DNA from: Amoebophrya sp. A120
Lineage: Eukaryota > Protista > Dinoflagellata
DNA length: 64,000 nt
Reading direction: 5' to 3'
Assembly: GCA_905178155.1 (NCBI GenBank)
Contig: CAJINV010000002.1
Location: 13,026,480-13,090,479, forward strand
Below the pieces are notes generated by a model, which did no database searches, was not told where the DNA came from, and worked only from the letters and a program-made list of their open reading frames with translations. Both the position numbers and the translations under genes were made by a program. Positions within the stretch are counted from its first letter, which is position 1. Each line of letters starts with the position of its first letter. Positions 62,623 through 64,000 of this stretch are shown here, piece after piece.

Positions 62623-64000
62623 AATTACTCACCTTTCAGGATAAATTGGTTCGGGGGCAGACGACAGGATGAGGACCAGGAGGAGTACGACCAGCGACTT
62701 TCCAACAAGTTGCAGGAGAACATTGAAACTCAGAAAAGATGGCCGAAGTGGTCTGCGATCCCTCTGTGGGTCCGAGAAGTGGACGGCGAAACGGTGCAGA
62801 CCTACGTAAGATTGCAGTTGCAGAAGGTGCGGTCTTCAACAGGGGATCCGCCGAGCAACCAGCAGGCACCGAGCAGCAGTTCGTCGTCTGGGGACACGCG
62901 TGGCAGTTCCCGCGGTCACGGTGCTAACTTCAACGCAACCCAGGGATACCAGGCACAGGTCCAAACTTCCGTCGTAACTGTCAGAGACACGGCCGAGGAG
63001 ATTTCGCAGCGGGCTTCGGGGGTCATGAAGGATTTGATCGAAAACGGAGCGATCATGCCCGCGGTTCAATTTGGCATCGGGCAGTTGAGTAAAAAAATGT
63101 GGCAGTCGTGGGACGACAAACTCGATAATGAACTCCAAATCTTTCGATCAAAAACGCATCAGGCAATGGCGTTCAGCGGCAAGCCGGCGGCCCGGGCGCT
63201 TGTCGCCACGGTGCGTGATGCGGAACGCACCGCGATACTGGCAAAGTTCTCACCAAAGGAGCAGGCCAAGGTGAGGAAGATGCTGCTGCAGCAGGACCTG
63301 GACTCGGCGATGGATGCCGCGGGAGCCCTGGACCGCGGGGAGCCGGCGAGCCTCCACCACATCGGTGCGCTCACTGAAACGCTGCAGCAGCCCGTCGTGC
63401 TCCGCGACGAGAACCAGAATGTGCTCACCACCATCGGCAAGGGCCTCCCTGGTGCTCCGTGCAACGTCACGTATTATAAGGGCGAAAACGGCAAACCCGG
63501 ACACTACGTGGCGACGAATGCAGCCGTGGGGGACGGGTACACCTCCCCCGGAAAGCCTACCGGGAAAAATGCTTGCTTGTTCAATGCGGTGGCGGCGCAA
63601 GTGTATGGGGATCAGGGCAGGGGCGCACAATTGCGGGCCAAGACGGCTGCTCACATTCGGAACAACCCCCAGCGGCTCATGACAATTGCCAGTTCGATTC
63701 GCCGACACAACTTTTATAAGGGCGGCGCGCCGTCGTGCACGCCTGAACCTGGCAATGACCTCTGGAACGCAAACGCTGAGATGAGGACCTCGGTGGCCAA
63801 TCACGTAGTTGCACACGGTAAGGCCGCAGGTCACGATTGGCCACGACCCGATGCAGAAAATATTGATTTGCACTTCAATGTGATGCCTGCGTGGCAGGCT
63901 CATTTTACGTTAAGGTGGGGTGGTGCAAGATACGTTTACGGTGCGAATCCTGCAGATCTGGACGCCTTGCCTATCCTCCCAAATGATATTCGATACCGAC
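62623..64000 (+). CDS. Last visible exon (open to the window end, absent from the ORF track): helical region, circularly permuted OTU-like peptidase, YKGG and a C-terminal domain
   Basis: Manual translation is stop-free from 62623 to 64000: ..GEPASLHHIGALTETLQQPVVLRD..VTYYKGENGKPGHYV (His at 63502)..TGKNACLFNAVAAQVYGD..LRAKTAAHIRNN (Cys at 63574)..NFYKGG (GG at 63721-63726).. Confidence 0.8.

Noticed and set aside
1-64000. tRNA, rRNA or dinoflagellate spliced-leader relic sequences
   Set aside because: None were recognised by eye. tRNAscan-SE and Infernal would be needed to exclude them.

Overview
This is eukaryotic, intron-rich genomic DNA. Every credible gene lies on the + strand. Many exon junctions appear non-GT-AG and are marked by short in-frame direct repeats, sometimes with inverted repeats, which resembles the syndinian dinoflagellate parasite Amoebophrya (an inference, not an identification). 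The left half holds a multi-pass membrane protein, a Ser/Arg-rich protein, a PhyH-like 2OG-Fe(II) dioxygenase, an FkbM-like methyltransferase-fold protein, a DUF4116-repeat protein, coiled-coil proteins, a 5'-truncated RNase H-bearing non-LTR retrotransposon with a 17-bp TSD, and a Helitron-like element. The right half (about 35.4 kb to beyond 64 kb) is a chain of exons that may form one giant gene: N-terminal hydrophobic leader, degenerate OTU-like domain, full SecA-type DEAD ATPase motor, TPR, Gly/Ala-rich hydrophobic helices, an apparently circularly permuted OTU-like Cys peptidase, a YKGG motif and a C-terminal domain cut by the window end. This layout resembles a self-translocating, self-cleaving polymorphic toxin/effector. 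Its introns include a TIR element that must be spliced out precisely (and contains a second nested TIR element) and a second Helitron-like element. Exon structures come from DNA only and need RNA-seq.
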